Shown here in pieces: positions 53,901 to 64,000 of a DNA stretch of 64,000 bases (position 1 is its first letter; each line of letters opens with the position of its first letter). Position numbers and translations under genes: made by a program. The stretch comes from an uncultured Collinsella sp. (GTDB lineage: Bacteria; Actinomycetota; Coriobacteriia; Coriobacteriales; Coriobacteriaceae). Location: assembly GCA_900541015.1 (NCBI GenBank), contig UQIB01000001.1, positions 23,519 through 87,518 on the forward strand, in the 5' to 3' direction. A model generated the notes under the pieces. That model did no database searches. It was not told where the DNA came from and worked only from the letters and a program-made list of their open reading frames with translations.

Positions 53901-55145
53901 ATGGCGGCTCGCGTCTGCCTGGTCCACTATCACGAGGTTGGACTGAAGGGTAAGAACCGCGCACATTTTGAGCATATCCTCATGGATAACATCAAGGCGG
54001 CCTTGGCCGCCTTTTCCGTGAATGCCGTGTCTCGAATTTCCGGTTATATCCTCGTGACCTTTAACGAGCATCAGGCCGACGAGGCGGCGCGTGTCATTCG
54101 CACCGTTCCCGGCGTTGCTCGTGTGTCTTTGGCGTATCACACCAATCGCGACCCTCAGGAGTACTGCGCCGCCGCCGTGAAGGCGCTGCGCGAGTTTGGT
54201 TCCTTCGATTCGTTTAAGGTGCACGCCAAGCGCTCCAATACCGATTATGAGCTCACCTCGATTGACATCAATCGTCAGGTGGGCGAGGTGCTGTGCGAGG
54301 CCTTCCCCGATAAAAAGGTTCAAATGCACGACCCCGATGCGATGGTGCACGTACTGGTGGTCCAGGGTAGCGTTTATGTGTACGCGCGCTCCGAGCGCGG
54401 CGTGGGCGGTCTGCCGGTGGGTTCTGCCGGCAAGGTCGTGACGCTGCTGTCGTCGGGTATTGATTCTCCGGTGGCAACCTGGATGCTCGCGCGTCGCGGC
54501 GCGGTGTGCGTGCCGGTACATTTCTCAGGTCGTCCGCAGACGCCCGACACGAGCGAGTATTTGGTGCAGGACATCATTCGTGCGCTTGAGCCGGGTGTCC
54601 AGATCGGCCGCCTGTACGTGGTGCCGTTTGGCGACTGCCAGCGTGAGATTTCGGTCACCTGTCCCAGCAACCTGCGCGTGATCATGTATCGCCGCACCAT
54701 GTATTCGGTTGCCGAGCGTATCGCGCATATCGAGGGCGCCAAGGCCATCGTGACCGGCGAGTCGCTCGGTCAGGTTGCCTCCCAGACGCTCGAGAATATC
54801 ATGGCCGTCAACGAGGCCGTGAAGATTCCCGTGTTCCGTCCGCTCATCGGGTCCGACAAGCAGGAGATCATTGCGCGCGCTCAGGAGATCGGCACGTTCG
54901 ATATTTCCACCGAGGCGGCGCCCGACTGCTGCACGCTGTTTATGCCGCGTCGTCCCGAGACGCACGCCAAACTCGATGCCGTGCACGAGGCCTGGGAGCT
55001 GTTCGACCACGAGGAGATGATCGAGCGTCTGCTTAAGCAGACCGAGTACATTGACTTCTCCAGCAACACGTATAAGGCCTCTAAGACCTTAAAACGCAAA
55101 CATTCGGAGCTTGCTCCGCGTGAGATTTACCAAGATCACGAGTAA
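53901..55145 (+). CDS. thiI: tRNA uracil 4-sulfurtransferase ThiI
   Basis: THUMP domain followed by PP-loop LLSSGIDSPVA. Confidence 0.88.
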   Translation: MAARVCLVHYHEVGLKGKNRAHFEHILMDNIKAALAAFSVNAVSRISGYILVTFNEHQADEAARVIRTVPGVARVSLAYHTNRDPQEYCAAAVKALREFGSFDSFKVHAKRSNTDYELTSIDINRQVGEVLCEAFPDKKVQMHDPDAMVHVLVVQGSVYVYARSERGVGGLPVGSAGKVVTLLSSGIDSPVATWMLARRGAVCVPVHFSGRPQTPDTSEYLVQDIIRALEPGVQIGRLYVVPFGDCQREISVTCPSNLRVIMYRRTMYSVAERIAHIEGAKAIVTGESLGQVASQTLENIMAVNEAVKIPVFRPLIGSDKQEIIARAQEIGTFDISTEAAPDCCTLFMPRRPETHAKLDAVHEAWELFDHEEMIERLLKQTEYIDFSSNTYKASKTLKRKHSELAPREIYQDHE

Positions 55146-55156
55146 ATTTGTGCATA

Positions 55157-55190
55157 GACCGACGATGCGCCTGCATCGTCGGCCTTTTGC
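55157..55190 (+). terminator. intrinsic terminator after thiI
   Basis: CCGACGATGC-GCCT-GCATCGTCGG stem followed by CCTTTT. Confidence 0.75.
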
Positions 55191-55358
55191 TATCTGGGCA
55201 TTTTGCGGCTAAGTGTTCATTTGCTGACGTGTGCCTGAATAAATGGACAGATTTGTGCAAGGTTTTGGTCGGTTTTTGGTTTGACCGTTAAAACCGGTTT
55301 TGGAGCGTGGCTGTTGTGGAGCTCCTTTCCTGACACGATGGTGTTGGGAGGTTTTGCT

Positions 55359-56072
55359 ATGGCGCAGCGCGAACAACACGAACGAGTCAAACGGATGGAC
55401 CGCTTGGCGGACAAGCTGTTCGGTCATAAGGCAGTGGTGATGGCGATACTGGTCGTCATTGCGATGGCGAGTGGACTGGCGATGGCGAACCTTGGCGGCG
55501 GTGCCGGTGGCGTGTCGTTTGAGCGCACTGACGGTTCAGGCTCGTTGGTGGAGCCGGGATCCGGTGATGCCTCGAGCGGAAAGACATCCGAAGGTTCTTC
55601 GGCTAAGGCTTCTGCCGCGGCAGAGGTCTATGTCGATGTCGACGGCGCCGTTGTGTCGCCCGGTGTATATCGTCTCAAGGACGGCGCGCGGGTGGCTCAG
55701 GCGATTGATGCCGCCGGCGGGCTTACGCCCGAGGCAGACGTTACGGGGCTTAACCGGGCATCCAAGGTCACTGATGGACAAAAAATCAACGTTCCAACGG
55801 TGGGGGAGCAGCAGGCGTCCATTGCGGAAGCCGGTGTTGATGGTGGGGCTTCCGCATCATTGGGCGTGAGTGGCGCAACGGGCCTAGTCAACATCAATAC
55901 GGCAAGCGCGGCAGAGCTGCAGACGCTCTCGGGCATCGGTCCCTCCATGGCACAGTCGATTATCGATGAGCGGACAAAGAACGGTGCTTTTGCCTCGGTT
56001 GACGATCTGATGCGTGTGTCGGGAATCGGCGAGAAGAAGCTTGCCAAAATCAAAGATTGCATCTGCGTATGA
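55359..56072 (+). CDS. comEA: competence protein ComEA (DNA receptor with tandem HhH)
   Basis: NINTASAAELQTLSGIGPSMAQSIIDER...LMRVSGIGEKKLAKI helix-hairpin-helix motifs; N-terminal TM helix; ATG 8 nt after GGGAGG. Confidence 0.85.
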   Translation: MAQREQHERVKRMDRLADKLFGHKAVVMAILVVIAMASGLAMANLGGGAGGVSFERTDGSGSLVEPGSGDASSGKTSEGSSAKASAAAEVYVDVDGAVVSPGVYRLKDGARVAQAIDAAGGLTPEADVTGLNRASKVTDGQKINVPTVGEQQASIAEAGVDGGASASLGVSGATGLVNINTASAAELQTLSGIGPSMAQSIIDERTKNGAFASVDDLMRVSGIGEKKLAKIKDCICV

Positions 56073-58372
56073 GTGCGACCGAGCGCGATCATGTGATGCC
56101 TCCGCGGCCCCTGATGCCGTGGACGATGGCCCTGTGTGCCGGCATGTGCATGAGCTGCGCCTCGGTGCTCAACGTGGCCGCTGATGCGCTGCTGAGGGAG
56201 CGGGCGCCGGCGGTCGGGCTGCTATGGGCCATTCCCGTTGCGGCGGCGGTATTCGTTGTGCTGGCTCAATCTTGTGCGCGGCTTGCCCCTTTGAAGTGGT
56301 GGTTGTATGCCGCGTCCGTCGGTCTCGTGGCGGGAGCGGTCGTCTCGGCGTGGTGGGCTGTGGGTGCGCTCAGCGCCTCGAAGGCGCTCGACGGTCGAGC
56401 GGCAAGCGGCCTCGAGTTTATCGTGCAGGGCGATCCATCCATAAACGACGACGTGTATTCCTATACCTGCGAGGCACGCGCGGACGGTAAGAACTTGGCA
56501 ACGGTTCGCCTATCGTGCGACCGCGAGCTCAAGGTCGGGGCGCACGTGCGTGTTATCGGTCGCGTTTCACGTTTTGAGAACGATGCGTATGGACGATCGC
56601 GCGTGCTCCGAGGCGAGGTATGCAAGGTAAAAGCCGTTCGGATTGTGTCGGTCGATGAGGGCTCTCCGGGGCCGCTGCTTCGGCTGCGAAATGGGCTGCT
56701 TGCGTCCATCGCGCCTGCGACCGACCCGGCGCGTGCACTCATAGCCGGTGTCGTCTGCGGTCGTTCGGCCGAGCTGCGCGCCCAGTCGGCGGGCGATTGG
56801 TTTTCGGTGACGGGAACGGCGCATCTTATAGCCGTCTCCGGCAGCCATTTGGCTATCGTGGGGTTTGTAATCGAGGGTGTATTGCAAAAGACTCGCTGCT
56901 CACGTGGTCTTCAGCGGGCGATATTGGCGATAACGCTTGTGGGCTACGCTGTCTTTACGGGCGCGTCTCCCTCGGCCGTGCGCGCGTGCTGCATGGTGTT
57001 CGCGACGCTTGTCGTAAACGGCGCGGGGCGTCGCCGGCACGGCGCATCGGCACTCTTCGTAACCATGTCCATCTTTGTGCTACTGCGGCCGACGGTGCTG
57101 TTCGAGATGGGCTTTCAGCTTTCATGTGCCAGCGTCTTTGCCATTCTGTGCTTTTGCCCCTATGCGACCTTCGCTTTGGGTGAGCTGAGTGTGCCATCGG
57201 GCGTTGCAAGCATGCTTTCCGTCACGCTGTGCTCGCAACTGGCGACTCTTCCCATTACCATTCCCGCCTTCGGTACGTTCTCGCTCATTGCTCCGTTGGC
57301 AAATGCGGTCATCGGTCCGGTGGTGAGCGTACTGCTTGCTGTGTCCATCGTGCTGGTTCCCTTTTCGCTCGTGGCACCGTTGCGGACTTGGGCGCTCGTT
57401 GTGCCCATGATTGCCGCCCGTTGCGCGCTGTTTTTCGAGCAGCTGTTTGCCGCCGTGCCGGGTGCATCCGTGAGCGTGCCGCCCGATAGCATGTGGATTT
57501 ACCTAGTGCCGTGTTTGCTGGCGGTTCTGCTGGTCTGGTGGCCGCGTCCCCGTGCACGTCCTATGGCGGTGGGGCTTGCATGCCTGGTGCTCTTGGCTGC
57601 GATTCCGTACGTCTACTGGGATCGATTCGCTCCGCCTTCGGTGACGGTGCTCGATGTGGGCCAGGCGGATGCGATTCTTATCCGCCAGGGCGGCGTAGTA
57701 GCGCTCGTCGACTGCGGGCTCGACGAGCGCGTGGTGGCGGCGTTGGTTCGCAATAACGTGCACCATATCGATGCCGTCTTTGTTACGCATTGGGATGAGG
57801 ACCACTGGGGTGGTCTGCCTGCCGTGCTCGAACAGTTTTCGGTTGGAACGATTGCCGTGGCGGCTGATGCGCTGGAGGATGCTCCTGCCGAAGTATTGAA
57901 CCGACCTGGCGTGGAGTATCGGCAGGTGCGCCGTGGGGATACGGTTGACATCGGCTCATTTTGCGCTCGCGTGATGTGGCCATTCGAGTCCGTGGATGGC
58001 GAGGGAAATGAGGACTCGCTTGTCCTGCTACTCTCTTATGTTCAGGAAGGCAAGGGCCTGCGTATGCTCCTCACCGGCGATGCCGAGCTCGACCAAGAAC
58101 GGGAATTCGTGCAGGAGGTGGGGGATATCGATGTACTTAAACTTGGGCATCACGGCTCCAAGGTTTCAGTTGATGGTGAGTTGCTGGACGTCCTGAAGCC
58201 CGATCTTTCCCTCGCGAGCGCGGGCGAGGGGAATCGATACGGTCATCCGTCCGATGCCTGCATCGATGCCGTGAAGGAAGCGGGCGGCGTGTTCGCGTGC
58301 ACCATCGAACACGGCGACATTACCGTTACGCCGACTGAGAATGGCTTTGCGATGCGATGCCAGCGACCGTGA
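56069..58372 (+). CDS. comEC: DNA internalisation channel ComEC (competence domain plus metallo-β-lactamase domain)
   Basis: Polytopic membrane protein; C-terminal HWDEDHWGG β-lactamase-fold motif; ATGA overlap with comEA. Confidence 0.85.
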   Translation: MSATERDHVMPPRPLMPWTMALCAGMCMSCASVLNVAADALLRERAPAVGLLWAIPVAAAVFVVLAQSCARLAPLKWWLYAASVGLVAGAVVSAWWAVGALSASKALDGRAASGLEFIVQGDPSINDDVYSYTCEARADGKNLATVRLSCDRELKVGAHVRVIGRVSRFENDAYGRSRVLRGEVCKVKAVRIVSVDEGSPGPLLRLRNGLLASIAPATDPARALIAGVVCGRSAELRAQSAGDWFSVTGTAHLIAVSGSHLAIVGFVIEGVLQKTRCSRGLQRAILAITLVGYAVFTGASPSAVRACCMVFATLVVNGAGRRRHGASALFVTMSIFVLLRPTVLFEMGFQLSCASVFAILCFCPYATFALGELSVPSGVASMLSVTLCSQLATLPITIPAFGTFSLIAPLANAVIGPVVSVLLAVSIVLVPFSLVAPLRTWALVVPMIAARCALFFEQLFAAVPGASVSVPPDSMWIYLVPCLLAVLLVWWPRPRARPMAVGLACLVLLAAIPYVYWDRFAPPSVTVLDVGQADAILIRQGGVVALVDCGLDERVVAALVRNNVHHIDAVFVTHWDEDHWGGLPAVLEQFSVGTIAVAADALEDAPAEVLNRPGVEYRQVRRGDTVDIGSFCARVMWPFESVDGEGNEDSLVLLLSYVQEGKGLRMLLTGDAELDQEREFVQEVGDIDVLKLGHHGSKVSVDGELLDVLKPDLSLASAGEGNRYGHPSDACIDAVKEAGGVFACTIEHGDITVTPTENGFAMRCQRP

Positions 58373-58450
58373 CGACGTCGTTGGCGTGTGGTGGGCCCCT
58401 GGGCTAGAATGGCACGGAACGAATACGAAGACCTGCGGGAGGGGAGCGCA

Positions 58451-59413
58451 ATGTCCGAAATCGGTCTGCTGCCGGCATATCTGATCGTCGGTACCGACGG
58501 AGTCAAGCGCGATCACGCCGTCTCGCGTATGAAAGCGCGTCTGGAAAAGACGGGCATGGTCGAGTTCAACCTCGACGAGCGCGACATGACCAAGGACCCC
58601 GATATCGAGTCCATTATCGGATCGCTTAACACCTTTCCGATGGGCAGCGAGTTTCGCCTGGTAATCCTTGACGGCTGCTCAAAGCTCGCCAAGGCGGTCT
58701 CGGAGCCGCTTGTCGAGTATTTGGCGAGTCCCAGCCCCACAACGGTCTGCCTCATCATTGCTGACTCGCTTGCCAAGAACACGCGCCTGTATAAGGCGAT
58801 CGCCAAGATCGACAAGAAGGCCGTGATCGATTGCTCCGGCACCAAGCGCTGGGAGCTTCCGCGCCGCGTGCAGCAGATGGCGACGCAGCACGGCAAGTCG
58901 ATCTCGACGGCGGCCGCCGAGGAGCTCGTCTCGCGTTCGGGTGAAAACACTCGCATGCTCGATAACGACTTGGCTAAGCTTGCCCAGATGGTCGAGGCAC
59001 CCCAGATTGAGCTTGCCGACGTTGAGCGCTGGATTGTACGTACGGCCGAGGTTCAACCCTGGGACTTCCTCAACGCCGTCTCGGCTCGCGATATGCGGCG
59101 ATCGCTCGAGCTCTTTAAGCTTTTGCCCTCCAAGAGCTACGTGTGGACGTACACATTGCTGTGCGGCCGCATCCGCGAGCTGATCGTTGCCAAGGCGCTC
59201 GATGCGCGCGGACAGGGTCGTGAGCTGGCCGCAACGCTCAAGCTCCAGTCCTGGCAGGTCAAGAATCACCTGACCTGGGCACGTCGCTTTTCGATGGCAG
59301 AGCTCATTGCGGCGCTCGAGGGTGCGGTCGATGTGGAGCTTGCGCTCAAGGGTTCGGCCGATTCTCAGACGGCGCTTTTGCTCTGGATTACGAACATCTT
59401 GAGAAAATCGTGA
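58451..59413 (+). CDS. holA: DNA polymerase III delta subunit
   Basis: Conserved comEC-holA-rpsT-lepA order and delta-subunit fold features; ATG after GGGAGGGGAG. Confidence 0.75.
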   Translation: MSEIGLLPAYLIVGTDGVKRDHAVSRMKARLEKTGMVEFNLDERDMTKDPDIESIIGSLNTFPMGSEFRLVILDGCSKLAKAVSEPLVEYLASPSPTTVCLIIADSLAKNTRLYKAIAKIDKKAVIDCSGTKRWELPRRVQQMATQHGKSISTAAAEELVSRSGENTRMLDNDLAKLAQMVEAPQIELADVERWIVRTAEVQPWDFLNAVSARDMRRSLELFKLLPSKSYVWTYTLLCGRIRELIVAKALDARGQGRELAATLKLQSWQVKNHLTWARRFSMAELIAALEGAVDVELALKGSADSQTALLLWITNILRKS

Positions 59414-59546
59414 TGATACCTGCCTATTTGACAAATTCGTTCTATCCCTTTGAGTGGGAGCGTGCTATAGTAGGCGCTTGCATGACCTCACCGTGTCTCA
59501 GAGGTGTCATACATTTTTTGCAAGGAACTCGAAAGGAACTCCAGAA

Positions 59547-59813
59547 GTGGCAAACATCAAGTCTCAGAAGAAGCGTATCCGCACCAATGAGGCAGCTCGC
59601 ATGCGTAACAAGGCTGTCAAGTCCGAGCTCAAGACGCTGACCAAGCACGTCCAGTCCGCCGTCGCCGAGGGCGACGCCGAGAAGGCCCAGGCTGCCCTCA
59701 AGACCGTCACCAAGCGTCTCGACATGGCTGCCGCCAAGCATGTTATCCACAAGAACCAGGCTTCCAACCGCAAGTCCGGTCTTGCCAAGCTCGTGAACAG
59801 CATCAACGCCTAA
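59547..59813 (+). CDS. rpsT: 30S ribosomal protein S20
   Basis: [29 protein letters not shown]; GTG start. Confidence 0.9.
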   Translation: MANIKSQKKRIRTNEAARMRNKAVKSELKTLTKHVQSAVAEGDAEKAQAALKTVTKRLDMAAAKHVIHKNQASNRKSGLAKLVNSINA

Positions 59814-59847
59814 GTTGTAAATTTCACACCACACAGATTACGCGCAT

Positions 59848-59886
59848 AAATGGAGCCTGTTTTATGGAACAGGCTCCATTTTTTGT
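59848..59886 (+). terminator. intrinsic terminator after rpsT
   Basis: AAATGGAGCCTGTT-ttatgg-AACAGGCTCCATTT followed by TTTTTG. Confidence 0.85.
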
Positions 59887-59909
59887 ACCGCTCGGGTAAG
59901 ATAGTCCGC

Positions 59910-61721
59910 ATGAATACTTCAATTGACATTTCCCACATCCGCAACTTCTCGATCGTTGCGCACATCGACCATGGCAAGTCCACGATCAGTGACCGCATCC
60001 TCGAGCTCACCCATACCGTCGACGAACGCGACATGGAGTCGCAGCTGCTCGACACCATGGATATCGAGCGCGAGCGCGGCATTACGATCAAGTCCAATGC
60101 CGTCCGCGTTTCCTATGACGCCGACGATGGTGAGACGTATCAGTTCAATCTGATCGATACGCCGGGCCACGTGGACTTTACCTATGAGGTCTCGCGCTCG
60201 CTGGCAGCCTGTGAGGGCGCTGTGCTCGTCGTCGACGCCACGCAGGGCGTCGAGGCGCAGACCGTTTCCAACGCGACGCTCGCCATGAACGCCAATCTGG
60301 ACATTGTGCCGGCCATCAACAAGATCGACCTGCCCTCGGCCCATCCCGATGAGGTTAAGACCGAGATCGAGGATGACCTGGCGATCCCTGCCGATGATGC
60401 TGTGTGCGTATCGGGCAAGACCGGCGAGGGCATCCACGATCTGCTGGAGTCCATTGTCTTTTTGATCTCTCCGCCTAAGGGCGATGCAAACGCTCCGCTC
60501 AAAGCGCTCATTTTGGATTCGTACTTTGACGAGTATCGCGGTGTGGTGGCTACGGTGCGCGTCTTCGATGGTTCCATCAAAAAGGGCGATACCCTGCTTA
60601 TGATGCAGGCCAAGGGCGACTTTTTGGTCGACGGCGTGGGCGTCAAGCGTCCTGCCGAGACCCCGGTCGACGCGCTGACGGTCGGCGAGGTCGGCTACGT
60701 GGTCACGGGCTTGAAGGACCCCGAGGCCGTTCGCGTGGGCGATACCCTTACGTGGGCGTCGAACCCCTGCCCCGAGCCGCTTCCCGGTTATCGCGAGGCC
60801 AAGCCCATGGTCTATACGGGCCTGTTCCCGATCGACAACAAGGACTACGAGAACCTGCGCGACGCGCTCGATAAACTGCACGTTAACGACCCGTCGTTGG
60901 TGTGGGAGCCCGAGACCTCGGTGGCGCTTGGCTTTGGTTTCCGCGTGGGCTTCCTGGGCCTGCTGCACATGGAAGTCGTCAAGGAACGCCTGGAGCGCGA
61001 GTTCAACCTGGACCTCATTGCCACGAGTCCCTCGGTTGACTATCACGTCTACAAGACCGACGGCGAAATGATCGATGTCCGCAGTCCGCAGGACCTTCCC
61101 GAGGCCACACGCATCGATCGTATCGAGGAACCCTACCTCAAGGCAAAGATCATCTGCCCGCCTGAGTACACGGGTGCCGTCATGCAGCTCGCCATCGAGC
61201 ACCGCGGCGTCACAACCGACATGATCCACCTGACGAGCAAATCGGTCGAGATGCGCTTCGATATGCCGCTCGCCGAACTCATCTTGGACTTCTTTGACCA
61301 GCTCAAGAGTCGCACCAAGGGTTACGCCTCGTTGGACTACGAGTTCAACGAATATCGCCCCTCCGAGCTCGTCAAGCTCGACATCCTGCTTTCGGGCGAC
61401 GAGGTGGACGCGCTGTCGTTTATCGTCCATAAGGACAAGGCATATGGCCTGGCCCGTGGCCTGTGCGACAAGCTCAAGGAGATCATCCCGCGTCAGCTGT
61501 TCGAGGTGCCCATCCAGGGTGCTATCGGCAACAAGATCATCGCCCGTTCCACCGTCAAGGCGCGTCGCAAGGACGTTCTTGCCAAGTGCTACGGCGGCGA
61601 TATCTCGCGTAAGCGCAAACTGCTTGAGAAGCAGAAAGAGGGCAAGAAGCGCATGAAGGCTATCGGCTCGGTCGAGGTCCCGCAGGAGGCGTTTATGGCG
61701 ATCCTCAAGGTGGACGAGTAG
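59910..61721 (+). CDS. lepA: elongation factor 4 (LepA)
   Basis: [23 protein letters not shown]1 motif and DTPGHVDF; ORF-track start at 59850 lies inside the rpsT terminator hairpin, so the Met at 59910 is used. Confidence 0.92.
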   Translation: MNTSIDISHIRNFSIVAHIDHGKSTISDRILELTHTVDERDMESQLLDTMDIERERGITIKSNAVRVSYDADDGETYQFNLIDTPGHVDFTYEVSRSLAACEGAVLVVDATQGVEAQTVSNATLAMNANLDIVPAINKIDLPSAHPDEVKTEIEDDLAIPADDAVCVSGKTGEGIHDLLESIVFLISPPKGDANAPLKALILDSYFDEYRGVVATVRVFDGSIKKGDTLLMMQAKGDFLVDGVGVKRPAETPVDALTVGEVGYVVTGLKDPEAVRVGDTLTWASNPCPEPLPGYREAKPMVYTGLFPIDNKDYENLRDALDKLHVNDPSLVWEPETSVALGFGFRVGFLGLLHMEVVKERLEREFNLDLIATSPSVDYHVYKTDGEMIDVRSPQDLPEATRIDRIEEPYLKAKIICPPEYTGAVMQLAIEHRGVTTDMIHLTSKSVEMRFDMPLAELILDFFDQLKSRTKGYASLDYEFNEYRPSELVKLDILLSGDEVDALSFIVHKDKAYGLARGLCDKLKEIIPRQLFEVPIQGAIGNKIIARSTVKARRKDVLAKCYGGDISRKRKLLEKQKEGKKRMKAIGSVEVPQEAFMAILKVDE

Positions 61722-61725
61722 GTCT

Positions 61726-62769
61726 ATGGCGCTTTCTGAATACAGCAAGCGGCTGCTGGGTGCCTATGCCGAGCAGCCGTTCCTTATGGCTCCCATGGCG
61801 GGCGTTACCGACCCCGCCTATCGCATCATGTGTCGCCGCCGCGGTGCCAACCTTGCCTACAGCGAGATGGTGAGCGTGGCAGGCCTTGCCTATGCCAGCA
61901 ACAAAACGTGGCGCCTGGTGCTGCCGGCCGACGAGGAGCAGCAGATTTGCGTGCAGCTCTTTGGCTCCAAACCTGATCAGTTTGCGAGCGCCGTCGCCGC
62001 CGTCGAGGAGCGCGTTGGCGATCGCCTGTCGCTCATCGACATCAATATGGCATGCCCCGCCCGCAAGGTCGTTACCAAGGGCGAGGGATCGGCGCTCATG
62101 CGCACGCCCGACCTGGCGGAGAAGATCGTCGAGGCCACGGTGGGCGCGGCGCACGTGCCCGTGACCGTCAAGATCCGCAAGGGCTTTTATGCCGAGGACC
62201 GTAATGCCGCGACGTTTGCCCAGATGCTTGAGGGCGCAGGGGCTGCCGCAGTCGCCGTGCATGGTCGTTGCGCCACGCAGCTCTACACGGGCCAGGCCGA
62301 TTGGTCGGTCGTCGATGAGGTTGCCGACGCTGTCGAGATTCCCGTTATTGGTTCGGGCGATGTGTTCTCGGCCGAGGACGCTGCTGAGCATCTGCACGGC
62401 TCGGGTGCCAGCGCGGTGTTTATCGCGCGCGGCATCTACGGCAATCCGTGGGTGTTCGGCGATGCCCGAGCCCTTGCACTCGATGGCACGCCGGTTCCTT
62501 CTCGCTCCTCGGTCGAGCGCCTGGAGGCTCTGCGCGAGCACCTGACGTTGACGCACGAGCTTCTGCCGCTCATGTCGCGCGCCCGCACGTACGCAAGCTG
62601 GTACTTAAAAGGCATGCCCCATGCCGCCGCCTGGCGCGCTCAGGTGGTGCGTTGCTCTACGTACGAGGAGTTCATGTCGCTGGTCGATGATATCGAGCAC
62701 GATGTGGTGGCCTGCGAGGCCGCGCTTGCCGCCGGTGAGTCGGTGCCCGCTCATCCGCTGGAGGCTTAA
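61726..62769 (+). CDS. dus: tRNA-dihydrouridine synthase (Dus family)
   Basis: LMAPMAGVTD FMN-binding motif, INMACP, catalytic region. Confidence 0.85.
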   Translation: MALSEYSKRLLGAYAEQPFLMAPMAGVTDPAYRIMCRRRGANLAYSEMVSVAGLAYASNKTWRLVLPADEEQQICVQLFGSKPDQFASAVAAVEERVGDRLSLIDINMACPARKVVTKGEGSALMRTPDLAEKIVEATVGAAHVPVTVKIRKGFYAEDRNAATFAQMLEGAGAAAVAVHGRCATQLYTGQADWSVVDEVADAVEIPVIGSGDVFSAEDAAEHLHGSGASAVFIARGIYGNPWVFGDARALALDGTPVPSRSSVERLEALREHLTLTHELLPLMSRARTYASWYLKGMPHAAAWRAQVVRCSTYEEFMSLVDDIEHDVVACEAALAAGESVPAHPLEA

Positions 62770-62771
62770 GG

Positions 62772-64000
62772 GTGGCCGTTACCGCGCTGTACGTGCACGT
62801 GCCGTTCTGTGCCCAAAAGTGCCGCTACTGCGACTTCGACTCGCACAGCTTTGCCCCGTGCGATCTGGACGCTGCGCTCGATGCCTATTTTGAGCAACTG
62901 TATGCGCGGCTCGATGCCTTTGGCAGCGCCGGGGCACTCGGGCGGATCCGCACCGTCTACGTAGGCGGCGGCACGCCGTCGCTGGCAGGGGAGCGCCTGG
63001 TGAAACTTGCCCGTCGTATCTCCATGTGGTGCAAGCCCGTTGAATTTACTTGCGAAGCCAATCCCGAGTCGCTGACCGCCGAGCTCGCCACCGCGCTTGC
63101 CGAGGCGGGTGTCACGCGCATCTCTCTGGGCGTGCAGACGCTCGATAACACCGAACTGGCTGCTATTGGCCGTATTCACGATGCCGATCGGGCGCTCGCT
63201 GCCATCGCGACGGTGAAGGACGCTGGCCTCGATGTGTCGTGCGACCTTATGTGTGGCCTCCCCGGGCAGACGGCGGCGAGTTGGCAGCGCACGCTCGATG
63301 GCGTGCTCGCGGTGGCTCCACACCATGTTTCGGTGTACCCGCTCACGCTCGAGGAGGGGACGCCCCTTTATCGCATGGCGTGCCGTGACGAGTCGCTCGA
63401 GCCCGATGAGGATTTCCAAGCCGCCTGCATGGACGTGGCGCGCAAGCTCCTGGGCGCCGCCGGCTATCACCCGTATGAGGTGGCGAGCTACGCACTCGAC
63501 GGCCATGAGTGCGCCCATAACATTGCCTACTGGACCGGACGGGGCTACCTGGGCCTGGGCCGTTCTGCCGCGGGCATGCTCGACGCCGAGGATTTCGACC
63601 GTCTTGCAGGTTTGTTCCCCAGCGTGTCTTCTCGAGGCGATGCGTACCGCGTGCGTCTGGTGCAACGTGACGATGACGCGACGGCGTTCGAGGCCGAATA
63701 TCTCTCGCAGCGCGAGGCTGCGGCCGAAGACCTGATGCTTGCTTGTCGCATGACGCGCGGTGTCGCGTCCGACCTGTTGGTTCGCGCGGCCCGTGTCATC
63801 CCGGCCGATGGGCTGACAGCCGCTTGCGATCGCGCGCTCGAATTGGGTCTTGCCACTTGGGTGCCCGAGACGCTCGGGGTCCATGAGGGACCCTTCACTT
63901 CGGCAGATGTCGTCGCGGCCCATGTTCGAGCTCGTTTAGCACCGACACACCTGGGCTGGCTCGATGGAAATGTTCTGTTCGAGCTGTTTTGGGATCTAGC
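62772..64000 (+). CDS. hemW: radical SAM heme chaperone HemW (HemN-like), truncated by the window end
   Basis: ALYVHVPFCAQKCRYCDF CxxxCxxC motif; open frame from GTG 62772 to 64000 checked by hand with no stop; conserved lepA...hemW neighbourhood; not listed in the ORF track. Confidence 0.8.
   Translation, partial: MAVTALYVHVPFCAQKCRYCDFDSHSFAPCDLDAALDAYFEQLYARLDAFGSAGALGRIRTVYVGGGTPSLAGERLVKLARRISMWCKPVEFTCEANPESLTAELATALAEAGVTRISLGVQTLDNTELAAIGRIHDADRALAAIATVKDAGLDVSCDLMCGLPGQTAASWQRTLDGVLAVAPHHVSVYPLTLEEGTPLYRMACRDESLEPDEDFQAACMDVARKLLGAAGYHPYEVASYALDGHECAHNIAYWTGRGYLGLGRSAAGMLDAEDFDRLAGLFPSVSSRGDAYRVRLVQRDDDATAFEAEYLSQREAAAEDLMLACRMTRGVASDLLVRAARVIPADGLTAACDRALELGLATWVPETLGVHEGPFTSADVVAAHVRARLAPTHLGWLDGNVLFELFWDL

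Noticed and set aside
59850-59909. ORF-track start of lepA at 59850 ([11 protein letters not shown]...).
   Set aside because: These codons form the perfect rpsT terminator hairpin AAATGGAGCCTGTT/AACAGGCTCCATTT plus T-tract. The conserved LepA N-terminus begins at the Met at 59910.

Overview
This window is high-GC (~60-65%) chromosomal core DNA. Gene content and order match a Gram-positive actinobacterium of the Coriobacteriia type (Olsenella- or Collinsella-like). Nearly everything is housekeeping and runs mostly on the + strand:

- Cell-elongation cluster: mreB, mreC, mreD, mrdA (PBP2), rodA.
- An uncharacterised trio: a 309-aa hypothetical protein, a TIGR03960 radical-SAM protein and a DUF2344/TIGR03936 protein.
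- rplU, rpmA, obg, nadD, yqeK, rsfS.
- dinB on the − strand.
- rpsP, a KH protein, rimM, trmD, lepB, glyQ, glyS.
- A pyruvate phosphate dikinase (ppdK) gene with its regulatory kinase (PDRP).
- rplS, rnhB, yraN, comM, dprA, trmFO, xerC/D.
- rpsB, tsf, pyrH, frr, uppS, cdsA, dxr, rseP, ispG, proS.
- A − strand module of an APH-family phosphotransferase and adhE, then rpmB.
- A pyrR, pyrB, pyrC, pyrK, pyrD, pyrF operon.
- mihF, gmk, rpoZ, thiI, comEA, comEC, holA, rpsT, lepA, a Dus-family enzyme, and a 5' partial hemW.

I found no tRNA, rRNA, CRISPR array, transposase or prophage. The long antisense ORFs in the track are high-GC artefacts.

The most unusual points are:
- A dense phased hexamer array (TTTACC/GGTAAA) and TAGCTAAAA direct repeats in the 275-bp region upstream of ppdK.
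- Two metabolic modules (PDRP-PPDK, and APH-like kinase plus AdhE) inserted into otherwise conserved ribosomal-protein neighbourhoods and bracketed by strong hairpins.
- A chromosomal xerC/D gene with no canonical start codon.
- A pyrR leader whose PyrR-box-like motif overlaps the ribosome-binding site.
- The hypothetical/rSAM/DUF2344 trio sitting where RNase E/G is usually found.
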